NCBI GenBank assembly: GCA_964419335.1
Contig: CAYQOX010000023.1
Location: 2,946-66,945 of the forward strand
From: an uncultured bacterium
GTDB taxonomy: Bacteria; Hinthialibacterota; Hinthialibacteria; Hinthialibacterales; Hinthialibacteraceae
Length of the DNA stretch: 64,000 nucleotides
Direction of reading: 5' to 3'
Positions 20,611 to 30,448 of the stretch are shown here, piece after piece (the first letter of the stretch is position 1; each line of letters opens with the position of its first letter). The notes beneath the pieces are model-generated. The model was not told where the DNA came from. It made no database searches and saw only the letters and a program-made list of their open reading frames with translations. Position numbers and translations under genes: made by a program.

Positions 20611-20928
20611 ATGCCTAATGAGAAGGAAACCAGGAGTTGTTGCATCATTTGTGGGAGACCGTCTACTACTGTGGTTTGTATGCGCTGTTATTTTAATTAT
20701 GATTATCGTACATACAACAACCATAAGTTAGAACAATCTTTCAAGTCCTTTTCTTCTGAAGCACAACCTTCAGAACCAAAAGATGATTCCTTCCTTGCTG
20801 AATGGGAAAAAGAATTCGAACATATGCAACATGACAACGAACTAGATGATATTGAGGTGTACAAAGAAGAACCTGAAAAAGAGGAAAGCTGGTTTGCTCG
20901 TTTTCCCCGGTTCTTCGACCGATCTTGA
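20611..20928 (+). CDS. small zinc-ribbon protein with acidic C-terminal tail
   Basis: CCIICG...CMRC (CxxC-N8-CxxC) at the N-terminus. Glu/Asp-rich tail. GAGGTG SD 7 nt before ATG 20611. Confidence 0.5.
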   Translation: MPNEKETRSCCIICGRPSTTVVCMRCYFNYDYRTYNNHKLEQSFKSFSSEAQPSEPKDDSFLAEWEKEFEHMQHDNELDDIEVYKEEPEKEESWFARFPRFFDRS

Positions 20929-20975
20929 GAATTAATACGTTAGCATTTTTTTCGTACGTGGTTATCTCCAAACGC

Positions 20976-21003
20976 AAAGCACAACCCTATAGAGTTGTGC
21001 TTT
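20976..21003 (+). terminator. hairpin between convergent genes (terminator-like)
   Basis: AAAGCACAAC-cctataga-GTTGTGCTTT, a 10-bp stem 48 nt after the stop of the zinc-ribbon gene. The U-tract is limited to the 3 T inside the stem end. Confidence 0.4.
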
Positions 21004-21215
21004 GTGCGTTGTACGGGTGGTAATGACTTCATCCTAAATCATCTTAGCATCTTCTACCCAAATTATAGTTTATTCCATCCAATGTGAGCAATTCACTATT
21101 ATTTCTATCAAAAATATTTTTCATATATATGTTTAGGCGCCAAGAGAAATCTCGAAAACTCATTCCCCTTGGCGCCTTTATCGTTCTACCAAGAACGTAC
21201 TATGCTAACCGTTAT

Positions 21216-22565
21216 CTATCTTCTAGAAATCTTAGGATACTCCCACGGATCGCGATATTTGCGTACCAATTGTTGATTGGCTTCGCTATCCAATCGCCAA
21301 TCATTCTTCTGAGAATCCCAACGCACCGCCAGTTGCTTTTGCGGATCCCATCGCACAGAACGCCCAATCTTCAAGGATAACATTCCAAGCAAACTCATCA
21401 GTGTCGCCCGGTAACCGATCTCAATATCACAAACCGGCATTTTATCATTTTTAATGCAATCCAACAGGTTGCTCCACAACCCCTTGATATTTTCTGAGTC
21501 ACCTGTGTACTGATTATCGAAGACAGCGTCTTCATGGATGATCTCATTACCTTTACCACGCGGATAAAAGGTCCAACCATCCCGCCAGCCGAGATAGAAA
21601 ATCCCCTCGGTGCCATAGAAATTCACACCGACGTTGCTTTCTCCCGGTTTCATGGGGGCACAGAGACGGTGTTCCCAATAACAGGTAAACGTATCAAACT
21701 CATAAGTTGCGATCTGGGTATCCGGCGCATCGGTCATATCTGTTTTCACATGACGCCCACCGGTGGAATAAACGGTTTTGGGGTATTCTTCTTCTGTCCA
21801 CCATAATATTTGATCCAGCCAGTGAATTCCCCAATCCCCCAAAGTCCCATTCGCATAATCCAAAAACTGGCGGAATCCTTTGGGATGAAGTCTAGGATTA
21901 TAAGGACGATAAGGCGCGGGACCACACCACATATCCCAATCCAGACCTTCAGGAATGGGTTCATTGGCTACCGCTTCACCAGATCCTCCTCCATAAATAA
22001 CGAAGGCTTTTACATTGGAAACCTTTCCTAGTTTCCCACTCTTCAAGAATTCCATCGCAGATTTATTGTGCACACCCACCCGGCGATGAGTTCCTATTTG
22101 CACTTTTCGATCCGCTTCCCGTGCTGCCTGGACCATGGCTAAGCCTTCCTCAATCGTATGACAAATAGGTTTCTCCACATACACATGCGCCCCGGATTGC
22201 ACCGCCTCAATGGTGGGCAAGGCATGCCAATGATCGGGAGTCGCCACGATCACAATCTCGGGCTTTTCTTTTTTCAACATTTCGCGATAATCCATGTAAT
22301 GCTTGGGGTTATCGCTGGAATATTCTTTCACGATCTCATCGGCCTTCGTTAATTGACGCTGGTCAACATCGCATAGAGCCACGATCGTACATTCTCCTGA
22401 TAACATCGCATAGGTACAAATATTCATCCCCCACCAACCGGCACCAATAACGGCGGTTTTGTACTTCTTCCCCTGAGCCCGAACATGGACGGCAGGCATG
22501 GACAGGGCGGAACTTGCAATCGCAGCGGATTTCAAAAATGAACGACGTTTGATCGAACGAACCAT
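21216..22565 (-). CDS. Gfo/Idh/MocA family oxidoreductase with twin-arginine signal
   Basis: MVRSIKRRSFLKSAAIASSA TAT motif. GAGWWG Rossmann motif. EKP catalytic-region motif. GGAGGA SD 6 nt before ATG 22565. ORF open to 22607. Confidence 0.88.
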   Translation of the reverse strand: MVRSIKRRSFLKSAAIASSALSMPAVHVRAQGKKYKTAVIGAGWWGMNICTYAMLSGECTIVALCDVDQRQLTKADEIVKEYSSDNPKHYMDYREMLKKEKPEIVIVATPDHWHALPTIEAVQSGAHVYVEKPICHTIEEGLAMVQAAREADRKVQIGTHRRVGVHNKSAMEFLKSGKLGKVSNVKAFVIYGGGSGEAVANEPIPEGLDWDMWCGPAPYRPYNPRLHPKGFRQFLDYANGTLGDWGIHWLDQILWWTEEEYPKTVYSTGGRHVKTDMTDAPDTQIATYEFDTFTCYWEHRLCAPMKPGESNVGVNFYGTEGIFYLGWRDGWTFYPRGKGNEIIHEDAVFDNQYTGDSENIKGLWSNLLDCIKNDKMPVCDIEIGYRATLMSLLGMLSLKIGRSVRWDPQKQLAVRWDSQKNDWRLDSEANQQLVRKYRDPWEYPKISRR

Positions 22566-22882
22566 ATCTGTTCCTCCATTCTTTAATAACCTTGAATCGG
22601 CTTTCATTATTATCGCGTTAGATTCACTTCTTTTCTACGGGATTCTTGGGATTCTGTCTAGGAGTACAGTAAGGCAAATAAAGCGAATAACCAAGAAAAA
22701 ACGTGGGGGGGCACTTCGAATTCACTTCCAGAAAAACAAATGTGATTCATATGGTGTCCTCTATATTCCCATTTTTTCATAAAATAAGTAAAATGAGTTT
22801 ATCTATCCTTTTCAACCAAAAAGCACCTTCATCTAAAGTACTTACCCTTATTTAGAAGTGCCAGTTGTGTTGTCGGTGAACC

Positions 22883-23995
22883 ATGATGAAAATACCTCGC
22901 AGCAATCGTAGAAATGTTTTCGAATATTATGCGATTACCACAGATGTGAAATTGTCCTCTTTCCTTGCTACGATGCATAACATAAGTCAAAGCGGAGCTC
23001 TACTAAAAGTATTTGGCGAATTACTTATTGAAGAACACATTTATGCATGTCCAATCAAAGACGAAGAAACGGATGATCTCCCCACCCCTGATAAAATTGT
23101 CCACCATCCCCATGTTATAAGCGGAACCGTGGTACGCAAAGAAGGCATGGATAGTTATGGCATCCAATTTGAACATCCCACACACGAGGGAACCCCAGCC
23201 AGTTACCAAAAAACAACTTCCTCACGGTCAACAAGTTGGGAAAGTGAAGAAAATGGGTATACCATAACCTTACGCTTAAACAATACCCCGGATCTTTCTA
23301 CTCTTATCCGCTTTCGCGATACCCTAAGAGAGCAATCACATCATTTTCTTCACATGCTTCTAGATTTCTCTCACTCAGGAAAATTGCCTACGATGGGATA
23401 TGCGATTTTGGGTGAAATGCTGGAAGATCTTGCCGAAGCCAACTATCGAATAGCCTTGGTTAATGAAAACGCATTTGGGAATACGTTTCTTAAGAAATTT
23501 CAATACTCAAACCAAATCCACTTTTTTGATCAGGAAGAAGAAGCCCAAAAATACTTAAATCAACACGCCCTCAAAGCAGTCATCATTGATGATGAAGAAA
23601 CCACATTGCAATTGATCAACGCTTATCTCCAAAAACGAGGTTTCCAAGTTTTTTCTTTTAAAGATGCTGAACAAGCTCTTCCCCAATTAGAGAAACATCA
23701 ACCCGATATCATTCTCATGGACATTCATCTCCCCGGGATGAATGGTTTACAGGCTACAAACGAAATTCGCAACAATCACCAACTCCAACATATCCCCGTA
23801 ATCATACTCACAGGAGAATCACACCGGCAAATGGTTTCAGAAAGCATCCGTCTGCAGGTCAATGACTATTTACTTAAGCCGCTTGATTCGCACAACCTCA
23901 TGCATAAAATCATTTCGGTATTAAAACAAAACGAGAATTCCGAGAATTCCGAGAATCGAACCTTAGAAGACCGTCCATTTTTTAATTCCCATTGA
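22883..23995 (+). CDS. three-domain signalling protein: PilZ - STAS (anti-sigma-antagonist-like) - response-regulator receiver
   Basis: PilZ motifs RSNRR (RxxxR) and NISQSG (NxSxxG) 22 aa apart. Central ITLRLNN...LLDFSHSGKLPTMGYAILGEM...ALVNENA is STAS-like. C-terminal VIIDDEE...ILMDIHLPGMNG...DYLLKP is a canonical REC. Confidence 0.85.
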   Translation: MMKIPRSNRRNVFEYYAITTDVKLSSFLATMHNISQSGALLKVFGELLIEEHIYACPIKDEETDDLPTPDKIVHHPHVISGTVVRKEGMDSYGIQFEHPTHEGTPASYQKTTSSRSTSWESEENGYTITLRLNNTPDLSTLIRFRDTLREQSHHFLHMLLDFSHSGKLPTMGYAILGEMLEDLAEANYRIALVNENAFGNTFLKKFQYSNQIHFFDQEEEAQKYLNQHALKAVIIDDEETTLQLINAYLQKRGFQVFSFKDAEQALPQLEKHQPDIILMDIHLPGMNGLQATNEIRNNHQLQHIPVIILTGESHRQMVSESIRLQVNDYLLKPLDSHNLMHKIISVLKQNENSENSENRTLEDRPFFNSH

Positions 23996-24122
23996 TATAA
24001 GCCAGATAGAACCCGTATCCGAGATTGCCCTGCCTTCGCTAGGCATGTATCCTGTCCATAGACAATCATACAAAATGGATATACTTGTTTCCCAAATCGT
24101 CATTCATTGTTGGATGGGAATT

Positions 24123-27100
24123 ATGAACCAACCTTATAAAGCCATACAAAACATTGGAATCGATACCAAAGATTTCAAGCGTCGATTGAAATTTCTTGAT
24201 TTGCAGGAAGATGACCTACAACGCATTCGTCAACTTCGCATCCCTCTGCAAAAGATTATCCCTGAATTAATTGACACTTTCATCTACCATCTTCTCTCTT
24301 ATAAAGAGACCCAGGGATTTATTACCAACACGGAAACGTTGAATCGCATAAAAAAAAGCCTTCACTATTATTTCCTTACCCTGTTTTCGGGAGAATATGA
24401 TGATGAGTATCTTAACCACCGTATCAGCGTAGGATTAGCTCACGAGTTCATCGGTGTTAAACCCAGTCTCTACATTGCGGCCTACAATAAAATCATCTCA
24501 CTTGTTACCCAATATGTTATTACCCATTACCAAGAAAATCCCTTAGAGGCAAAGGCTGCGGTTCAATCACTCCAAAAAGTTTTTTCCCTCGATATGCAAT
24601 TGGCAATCGATACCTATAACCAAGCCAATAAGCATACTCTTTTGATCATGAAAGAGTTTGCTGAACATATCAATGAAAACATTCCCTCGGCATTGGTCGT
24701 ACTGAACGAAAACAAAAAGATTATCTCGAGCAATTCTGCTTTCCTTGACCTACTCTTTCAAATTCTTCCGAATCTTCCTAGCCACTACAACCAGTCCAAC
24801 TTAACCGGTGAAAACATCGATACCTTTTTTCCGGATCCAGTCATTTCATCCAACATTGAAAAGATGATCCAAAAAGGCCACACCCAAGATAAATTTTATA
24901 CCACCTTTCAGCAAGAAAATAAGCCCATCTATTTTTTGGTTTCCATGACCAAAATGATGCATGGACAACAATACAGCAATGAAATCCTCGTGGTAATGGA
25001 AAACATCACCGATTTACGGAAAGCCGAACAACAAATTAAAGAACAAAAAGAACTTCTGGAAAATACAATTAAATCCTTAACCCATCCCTTCTTTGTTATC
25101 GATGCGAAAGATCATTCGATCAAAATTGCCAATCCCGCCGCTGGAGGAAACAATCCAGAAGGTCTTCAACCTTGTTACTTGCTGTCCCACGATCACAATA
25201 TGCTCGGGCAAGACCCTGAGATGCTAAGTCCCATTGAACAAATTCGAAAAACAAAAACCCCCATAGAAACAGATCACATTCATTTTAATCAAGAAGGACG
25301 CCCCCGTTATTACGAAGTCCATGGATACCCGATTTTCGATGATCAGAACGAAGTGCAAATGATCATCGAATACTCGCTGGATATCACCGAACGCAAAATG
25401 GCAGAGGATGCACTCCGTGAAAGCGAAGCCAAAATGCGCTCTATCCTGCGCACTGCGGTGGACGGAATTCTGACCTTCAGTGATGATGGCATCATTGAAA
25501 CTGTAAACCCGGCGGCGGAATCGATGTTCGGCTACACCCAAGATGAAATTCTGGGAGAGAATATCGAACGTATTATGCCTTCGATTGCTTTTATGCGCCA
25601 TAAAGAATTATGCATGGTCGCCCGCGATCCTTATCAAAAATTTGGTTTCAGCACCGAGGGACTTGCTTGGCGTAAAGAGGGGACCTTCTTCTGTATGGAA
25701 ACCACCATCGGCGAAATGCCATTCGGTGACCATATTATATATACTGGAGTCATTCGAGATATCACGCAACATAAAAAATCGGAAGAAGAATTAATTAGGG
25801 CAAAAATCGCTTCCGAAGCCGCAAATAAAGCTAAGAGCGAATTTCTTGCAAATGTGAGTCATGAAATTCGCACCCCCTTAAATGGCATCATCGGTTTAAC
25901 CGATTTGCTCTTCCAAACTCAACTCAATACCGAACAGCATCATTACTTGGAACTGGTGAAGCAATCTTCTGAATCACTCCTGACCATCCTCAACGACATC
26001 TTAGATTTCTCCAAAATTGAAGCCGGCAAGTTGGAGTTCCACCCTATTGAGTTCAACTTCATCGATATGATCTTTGAAACCGCGAATGGGTTATCCATGC
26101 AAGCACACCAAAAAAACCTTGAACTCCATGTGATGCTGGATCCTCAACTCCCACTGTATGTCGTTGGCGACCCGGGACGGTTACGCCAAATCATGATCAA
26201 CCTCGTTGGGAATTCGATCAAATTTACTCAAGAAGGGGAAATCCTATTGCGCGTTGAACTTGATTCTCAAAGGAACTCCGAGGCAACTCTTTTGTTCTCA
26301 ATCTGCGATACAGGTATGGGTATTACACAAGAAAAACAAAATCTGATTTTCAACGCGTTTGAACAAGCGGATACATCAACCACTCGCCAATTCGGCGGCA
26401 CAGGATTAGGCTTGGCGATTTGCTCACAATTGGTGCAACTCATGGATGGGACAATTTGGGTAGAAAGTCCCTGGAAAGAGCGGCCGGCTTCTGCCTCCGG
26501 CGGCTTGGGGAGTAAATTCCAATTTAGCATACACTTGAAATCCCCTCATCGGAATACTCTGCAAACCTCCTATTCTGTACCTGAAAATTTGAAACCTATT
26601 TCGCTTCTCGTAATAACCCAAAGCCCGACCCTACGCATGCTATTACAATCTCAGTTTAACGAATGGGGAATCCATTCCGAGTTTGTCGATGGAAAAGAAG
26701 CGGCCCTAAGCCGGCTCAAACCCACTAATCAGGAGAAACAAGCCTTCTCCGCCGTGCTGATTGATCATCATATACCCAACCTGGATGGATTTACCCTCTT
26801 AGAAGCAATGAAATCTCATGAGAGATTCGAAGAGCTTCCAATGATTCTTTTGAGCAATAATTTAGAAAAACGAACAGCCGAGTTTCTTGGTCATTATGAT
26901 TATTGTTCGATTTTAATAAAACCGTTCAATCCCTATGAGCTCCTCGATCATATCCGTCATATGGGTCTTATCGATCAGCCTTTCGACACCCCACATTGGC
27001 CCCCTACGAGAGAGATTGAACCTGAGCCGGAAACACGTTATCACATTCTCATCGTCGAGGATAATGAAATTAATCTTACCTTAATTCGCCAAATCTTAGA

Positions 27101-27815
27101 GAAACGGGGTCATACTTATCGCCTTGCCCACAATGGAGAAGAAGCCCTCGAATGCATTCGTACAGAACCCTTTGATCTAGTCCTCATGGACATTCAAATG
27201 CCCATCATGGATGGAATTACAACAACCCAAAAAATCCGAGAGATAGAAAAAGAGACGAGAACTCACCTCCCAATCGTAGCCATGACCGCCTACGCCATGA
27301 AAGGAGATCAAGAACGTTGCCTAGAAGCAGGGATGGATGATTATATTCAAAAACCAATCCGAGCTGATCTCATACTAAAAACAATCCACAATTTACTCGA
27401 ACGAATTTCTCATGATGAAAACGAAGTGGCCCCCAGCACAACAAGAAAACAGATTTTGAACTCCAAGGAACTTTTGGATCGGGTGGAATATGATTACAAG
27501 TTATTGCAACAAATCAGTGACCTGTTTTTCGAACAATACCCACACCTTATGCAAGAGATCGAGAAAGGAATACTTAACAAGAAGTGCAAGGAGCTTCACT
27601 ACGCAGCTCATACCCTCAAAGGTTTATTGAGCAACTTTTCCGCAGAAGTCGCTTTCGAGATAGCGGCCGAATTAGATGAGTATGCAAAAAGAGAAGATTT
27701 CCCAAAAGCAGGAACTACAGTAGAAATTCTCAAGAAAGAAATACAAAACCTTATTCCTGAGCTTACAAAGATGTTGAAGACCTTAAAAGACAAAAAAGAT
27801 TGTAGTTCAGAATAA
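24123..27815 (+). CDS. hybrid sensor histidine kinase: globin-coupled sensor - PAS - PAS - HisKA/HATPase - pseudo-REC - REC - HPt
   Basis: N-terminal protoglobin-like domain (FIYHLL distal Tyr region; GLAHEFIGVKPSLYIAAY aligns with HemAT IHVKIGLEPKWY proximal His). H-box SHEIRTPLNG. N/G boxes. REC HILIVEDNE...LMDIQMPIMDG...KP. HPt AAHTLKG. ORF open from 24045. Confidence 0.9.
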   Translation: MNQPYKAIQNIGIDTKDFKRRLKFLDLQEDDLQRIRQLRIPLQKIIPELIDTFIYHLLSYKETQGFITNTETLNRIKKSLHYYFLTLFSGEYDDEYLNHRISVGLAHEFIGVKPSLYIAAYNKIISLVTQYVITHYQENPLEAKAAVQSLQKVFSLDMQLAIDTYNQANKHTLLIMKEFAEHINENIPSALVVLNENKKIISSNSAFLDLLFQILPNLPSHYNQSNLTGENIDTFFPDPVISSNIEKMIQKGHTQDKFYTTFQQENKPIYFLVSMTKMMHGQQYSNEILVVMENITDLRKAEQQIKEQKELLENTIKSLTHPFFVIDAKDHSIKIANPAAGGNNPEGLQPCYLLSHDHNMLGQDPEMLSPIEQIRKTKTPIETDHIHFNQEGRPRYYEVHGYPIFDDQNEVQMIIEYSLDITERKMAEDALRESEAKMRSILRTAVDGILTFSDDGIIETVNPAAESMFGYTQDEILGENIERIMPSIAFMRHKELCMVARDPYQKFGFSTEGLAWRKEGTFFCMETTIGEMPFGDHIIYTGVIRDITQHKKSEEELIRAKIASEAANKAKSEFLANVSHEIRTPLNGIIGLTDLLFQTQLNTEQHHYLELVKQSSESLLTILNDILDFSKIEAGKLEFHPIEFNFIDMIFETANGLSMQAHQKNLELHVMLDPQLPLYVVGDPGRLRQIMINLVGNSIKFTQEGEILLRVELDSQRNSEATLLFSICDTGMGITQEKQNLIFNAFEQADTSTTRQFGGTGLGLAICSQLVQLMDGTIWVESPWKERPASASGGLGSKFQFSIHLKSPHRNTLQTSYSVPENLKPISLLVITQSPTLRMLLQSQFNEWGIHSEFVDGKEAALSRLKPTNQEKQAFSAVLIDHHIPNLDGFTLLEAMKSHERFEELPMILLSNNLEKRTAEFLGHYDYCSILIKPFNPYELLDHIRHMGLIDQPFDTPHWPPTREIEPEPETRYHILIVEDNEINLTLIRQILEKRGHTYRLAHNGEEALECIRTEPFDLVLMDIQMPIMDGITTTQKIREIEKETRTHLPIVAMTAYAMKGDQERCLEAGMDDYIQKPIRADLILKTIHNLLERISHDENEVAPSTTRKQILNSKELLDRVEYDYKLLQQISDLFFEQYPHLMQEIEKGILNKKCKELHYAAHTLKGLLSNFSAEVAFEIAAELDEYAKREDFPKAGTTVEILKKEIQNLIPELTKMLKTLKDKKDCSSE

Positions 27816-27844
27816 CGTGGGCAGAAGCATCGCCTCTGCCCACG
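27816..27844. terminator. GC-rich hairpin shared by convergent kinase and flagellin genes
   Basis: CGTGGGCAGA-agcatcgcc-TCTGCCCACG, a perfect 10-bp stem lying exactly between the two stop codons. No long U-tract on either side. Confidence 0.5.
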
Positions 27845-27860
27845 CGTTCCAACTCTTCTC

Positions 27861-30443
27861 CTAGCCGAGAAGCTGCAAGAATGTCTGGCTCTGGAAGTTG
27901 GCTTGGGCTAAAACAGAAGTTCCCGCCTGTAACAAGACTTGATTGAGTGTAAACTTCGAGGTTTCTTCAGCAATGTCAGCATCCCGAATCCGAGATTCAG
28001 ACGCCGTTAAGTTTTCCGAAGCCACACTCAAACTCGATACAGTAGATTCTAACCGGTTCGTAGCCGCACCGAGAATCGAACGAGTACGGTTCACCTGATC
28101 CAAGGCTTCATCCACGATTTTTATCGCCTCATTCGCGCCTTCTAAGGACGTCACATCAATATCCTGAACCGTTCTACCACTATTTCGGCCAAAACCGAGG
28201 TTATCCGCTTTTAAATCACCTATAGAAAACTGGATGTTTTGATCACTGAACGCCCCAATTTGAAAGTTAAGTCCAGTATTTACAGTTGAAATTACGGTTG
28301 TGATGCCTGTATCTTCTGCGGTACCACTGGAAGTTACATTAACAAACGAATCAAAGTCCACTGTAACAAAATTCGCTGTCTTACTACTCGTACTGGGCGT
28401 AAAGAACACCACATCCTGCTCACCGGGTGAAAAGGTGACCCCAGCACCTCCGTTTAATGTACCGACATATTCGTTGGGTACATTCTCGAATTTGTCATTA
28501 CCACTCGTAAATCCACTACCTACCCGTAAAGTAACCTGAGGCGTAGGCACCCCTTCGATCGTGGATTCCTGTCCTTTAAGGGTGATCACGTCACCTGCTT
28601 CGGCTCGAACTTCTTCCCCTCCATCGATTTGGAAAGTGGCCTGTTCGGCATATCCTTCCTGAGTTAGTTCTGCATCATCTTGTAAGGTGAAATATTCCGT
28701 TGGAGTTGAGGAATCACTATTTTGGAAGGTGAGCGTGAAATTCATTTTTGAATCAGAACGCCCTACATCATCAATAAGTTGGAGTGCCCCTCCGGGTGTA
28801 TACGTGAAGATCGCATCATCGAAGCGTGTTTGGTCACCATTCGTAGCCGTACCTGACTCATAATTCCGCGTACGGAAATTCAGTTCCTGAATCAAACCGG
28901 AAATCGTGGCAAACTTAAAGTCGTTAAAACTTGTATCTACCTCCTGCAACTCAGTGTCATCATCAGGATTGACGTAAGTGAAGCGTCCTTCAAAGGTACT
29001 CCCGTCCGCGTTCGTTCCTGTCAGTACAATCATATCATCATCGCGAAGGGTCTGTCCGCCTGTGTAATTACTTCCCACAAAAGAGCCGTTCAACACGACC
29101 GTATTAGAAGCATTTGTCGCACCTAAAGTGGTGGAACGATCCAACCGTGTTCCATTACCATCCAGAAACGCGATCGTACTGGTAACCTTCCGTTGTTGGG
29201 CCTCTTGCACATCTTTCACGGTGATGTTGAATTGTCCTTCTTGAAATGTTGAACCGGTGATCGCTGTTACTGCATTCCCTACTTGGCCACCTCCGGAAAG
29301 CGCCGAATCCGCTCCGATCGCTCCGGAGCGTGTTACACCATTGGCGTTGGTTACGAGATCGCCACTCCGGAACAAAGATAGATTGATGTTGGATTGATTG
29401 ATATGATTCCCTTCGCCGATCATTAACAAACGCCCCCGGTTATCTCCCGTTTCACTCGCCAGGGTAACGGTAGTACGATAAGCCGTGGGTACACTGCCTG
29501 TGGTATTCACTCCAAACAGGTTCTTTTCGGCTTCATCGATCGCCCGATTAACCGCCGCCACAACATCGGGGGGATTGGTTGAGGAGGCACCGGCTGATGT
29601 CCCAATGGTCGTGCTATCACCGATGGTTAATGATCCGGTAAACTTGGTCACTCCATCCGCCAATACGCCTTCAAAGACAAGCACGTCATCTCCTGCTCCC
29701 GAAACCGATACTCCATTAAAGAAGAAGTCATCACCAGAAACATCGGACCCGGTAGTTAGAGCATTTCCGCCAAACGAACGCTGATCTGTAAAAGCGGCTA
29801 AAGAAACAGCTACATCGGTTTGATTACTGATCCCTGTATTGACGATCTGCTGTCCCCCGGCTTGATCACCAGCCACTACTTGAGCATGCCCAATTTGGTT
29901 GAGTCGGATATTTAAAAAAGCCGTCCCGCTGTCCAGCGAGCTAGCCACAGGAGAGGCATCAATATCAAAACCGTAATCAGGTTGACCTTCTTTAAACTCC
30001 GATTTAATGGAGAAATCTCCATTCAGTAAATGGTTACTGCCAAACAAAGTGGTATTGGCGATTCGAGTGATTTCGTCAATACTCTGAAACACTTCGTCCT
30101 GAATGGCAGAACGCGCTTTGAAATCATTGGTCCCGGTGTTGGCCGCTTGCAGTGATAATTGACGGATACGGTTTAAACGGTTGGTGGTTTCTTCCAACGA
30201 TCCTTCGGCAACGTTAATCAAGTTAATACCATCTTGAGCGTTCGTAACCGCTTGATTCAATCCCTGCGTCTGTGAGCGTAAGCGGTTTGCCACACTAAAT
30301 CCCGCTGCGTCATCCGCCGCTCGGTTGATACGCAAACCAGAGGAGAGGCGTTCGATGGCTTTCTCTAAATTGCCACCGATTTGGCTCATGTTTCTCTGGG
30401 TTGTGATTGCAGATATATTTGTATTAATACGAGTGATTCCCAT
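27861..30443 (-). CDS. fliC: flagellin with very large (~600 aa) central hypervariable region
   Basis: 860 aa. N-terminal D0/D1 (INTNISAI...LSSGLRINRAADDAAG...AQDGINLINVAEG). C-terminal D1/D0 (LGAATNRLES...ESRIRDADIAEE...LLQAGTSVLAQAN). AAGGAGGA SD 5 nt before the ATG. Confidence 0.94.
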   Translation of the reverse strand: MGITRINTNISAITTQRNMSQIGGNLEKAIERLSSGLRINRAADDAAGFSVANRLRSQTQGLNQAVTNAQDGINLINVAEGSLEETTNRLNRIRQLSLQAANTGTNDFKARSAIQDEVFQSIDEITRIANTTLFGSNHLLNGDFSIKSEFKEGQPDYGFDIDASPVASSLDSGTAFLNIRLNQIGHAQVVAGDQAGGQQIVNTGISNQTDVAVSLAAFTDQRSFGGNALTTGSDVSGDDFFFNGVSVSGAGDDVLVFEGVLADGVTKFTGSLTIGDSTTIGTSAGASSTNPPDVVAAVNRAIDEAEKNLFGVNTTGSVPTAYRTTVTLASETGDNRGRLLMIGEGNHINQSNINLSLFRSGDLVTNANGVTRSGAIGADSALSGGGQVGNAVTAITGSTFQEGQFNITVKDVQEAQQRKVTSTIAFLDGNGTRLDRSTTLGATNASNTVVLNGSFVGSNYTGGQTLRDDDMIVLTGTNADGSTFEGRFTYVNPDDDTELQEVDTSFNDFKFATISGLIQELNFRTRNYESGTATNGDQTRFDDAIFTYTPGGALQLIDDVGRSDSKMNFTLTFQNSDSSTPTEYFTLQDDAELTQEGYAEQATFQIDGGEEVRAEAGDVITLKGQESTIEGVPTPQVTLRVGSGFTSGNDKFENVPNEYVGTLNGGAGVTFSPGEQDVVFFTPSTSSKTANFVTVDFDSFVNVTSSGTAEDTGITTVISTVNTGLNFQIGAFSDQNIQFSIGDLKADNLGFGRNSGRTVQDIDVTSLEGANEAIKIVDEALDQVNRTRSILGAATNRLESTVSSLSVASENLTASESRIRDADIAEETSKFTLNQVLLQAGTSVLAQANFQSQTFLQLLG

Positions 30444-30448
30444 GATTT

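Noticed and set aside
21135-21177. Hairpin AGGCGCCAAG-(23 nt)-CTTGGCGCCT downstream of the Gfo/Idh/MocA gene as an intrinsic terminator
   Set aside because: The loop is large and no U-tract follows on the minus strand. It may be a structural or REP-like element, but a single copy gives insufficient evidence.
23933-23957. Tandem 9-nt repeat GAGAATTCC x2.7 at the 3' end of the PilZ-STAS-REC gene (encodes ENSENSEN)
   Set aside because: It is a short in-frame low-complexity duplication in a C-terminal tail, with no evidence of function or phase variation.
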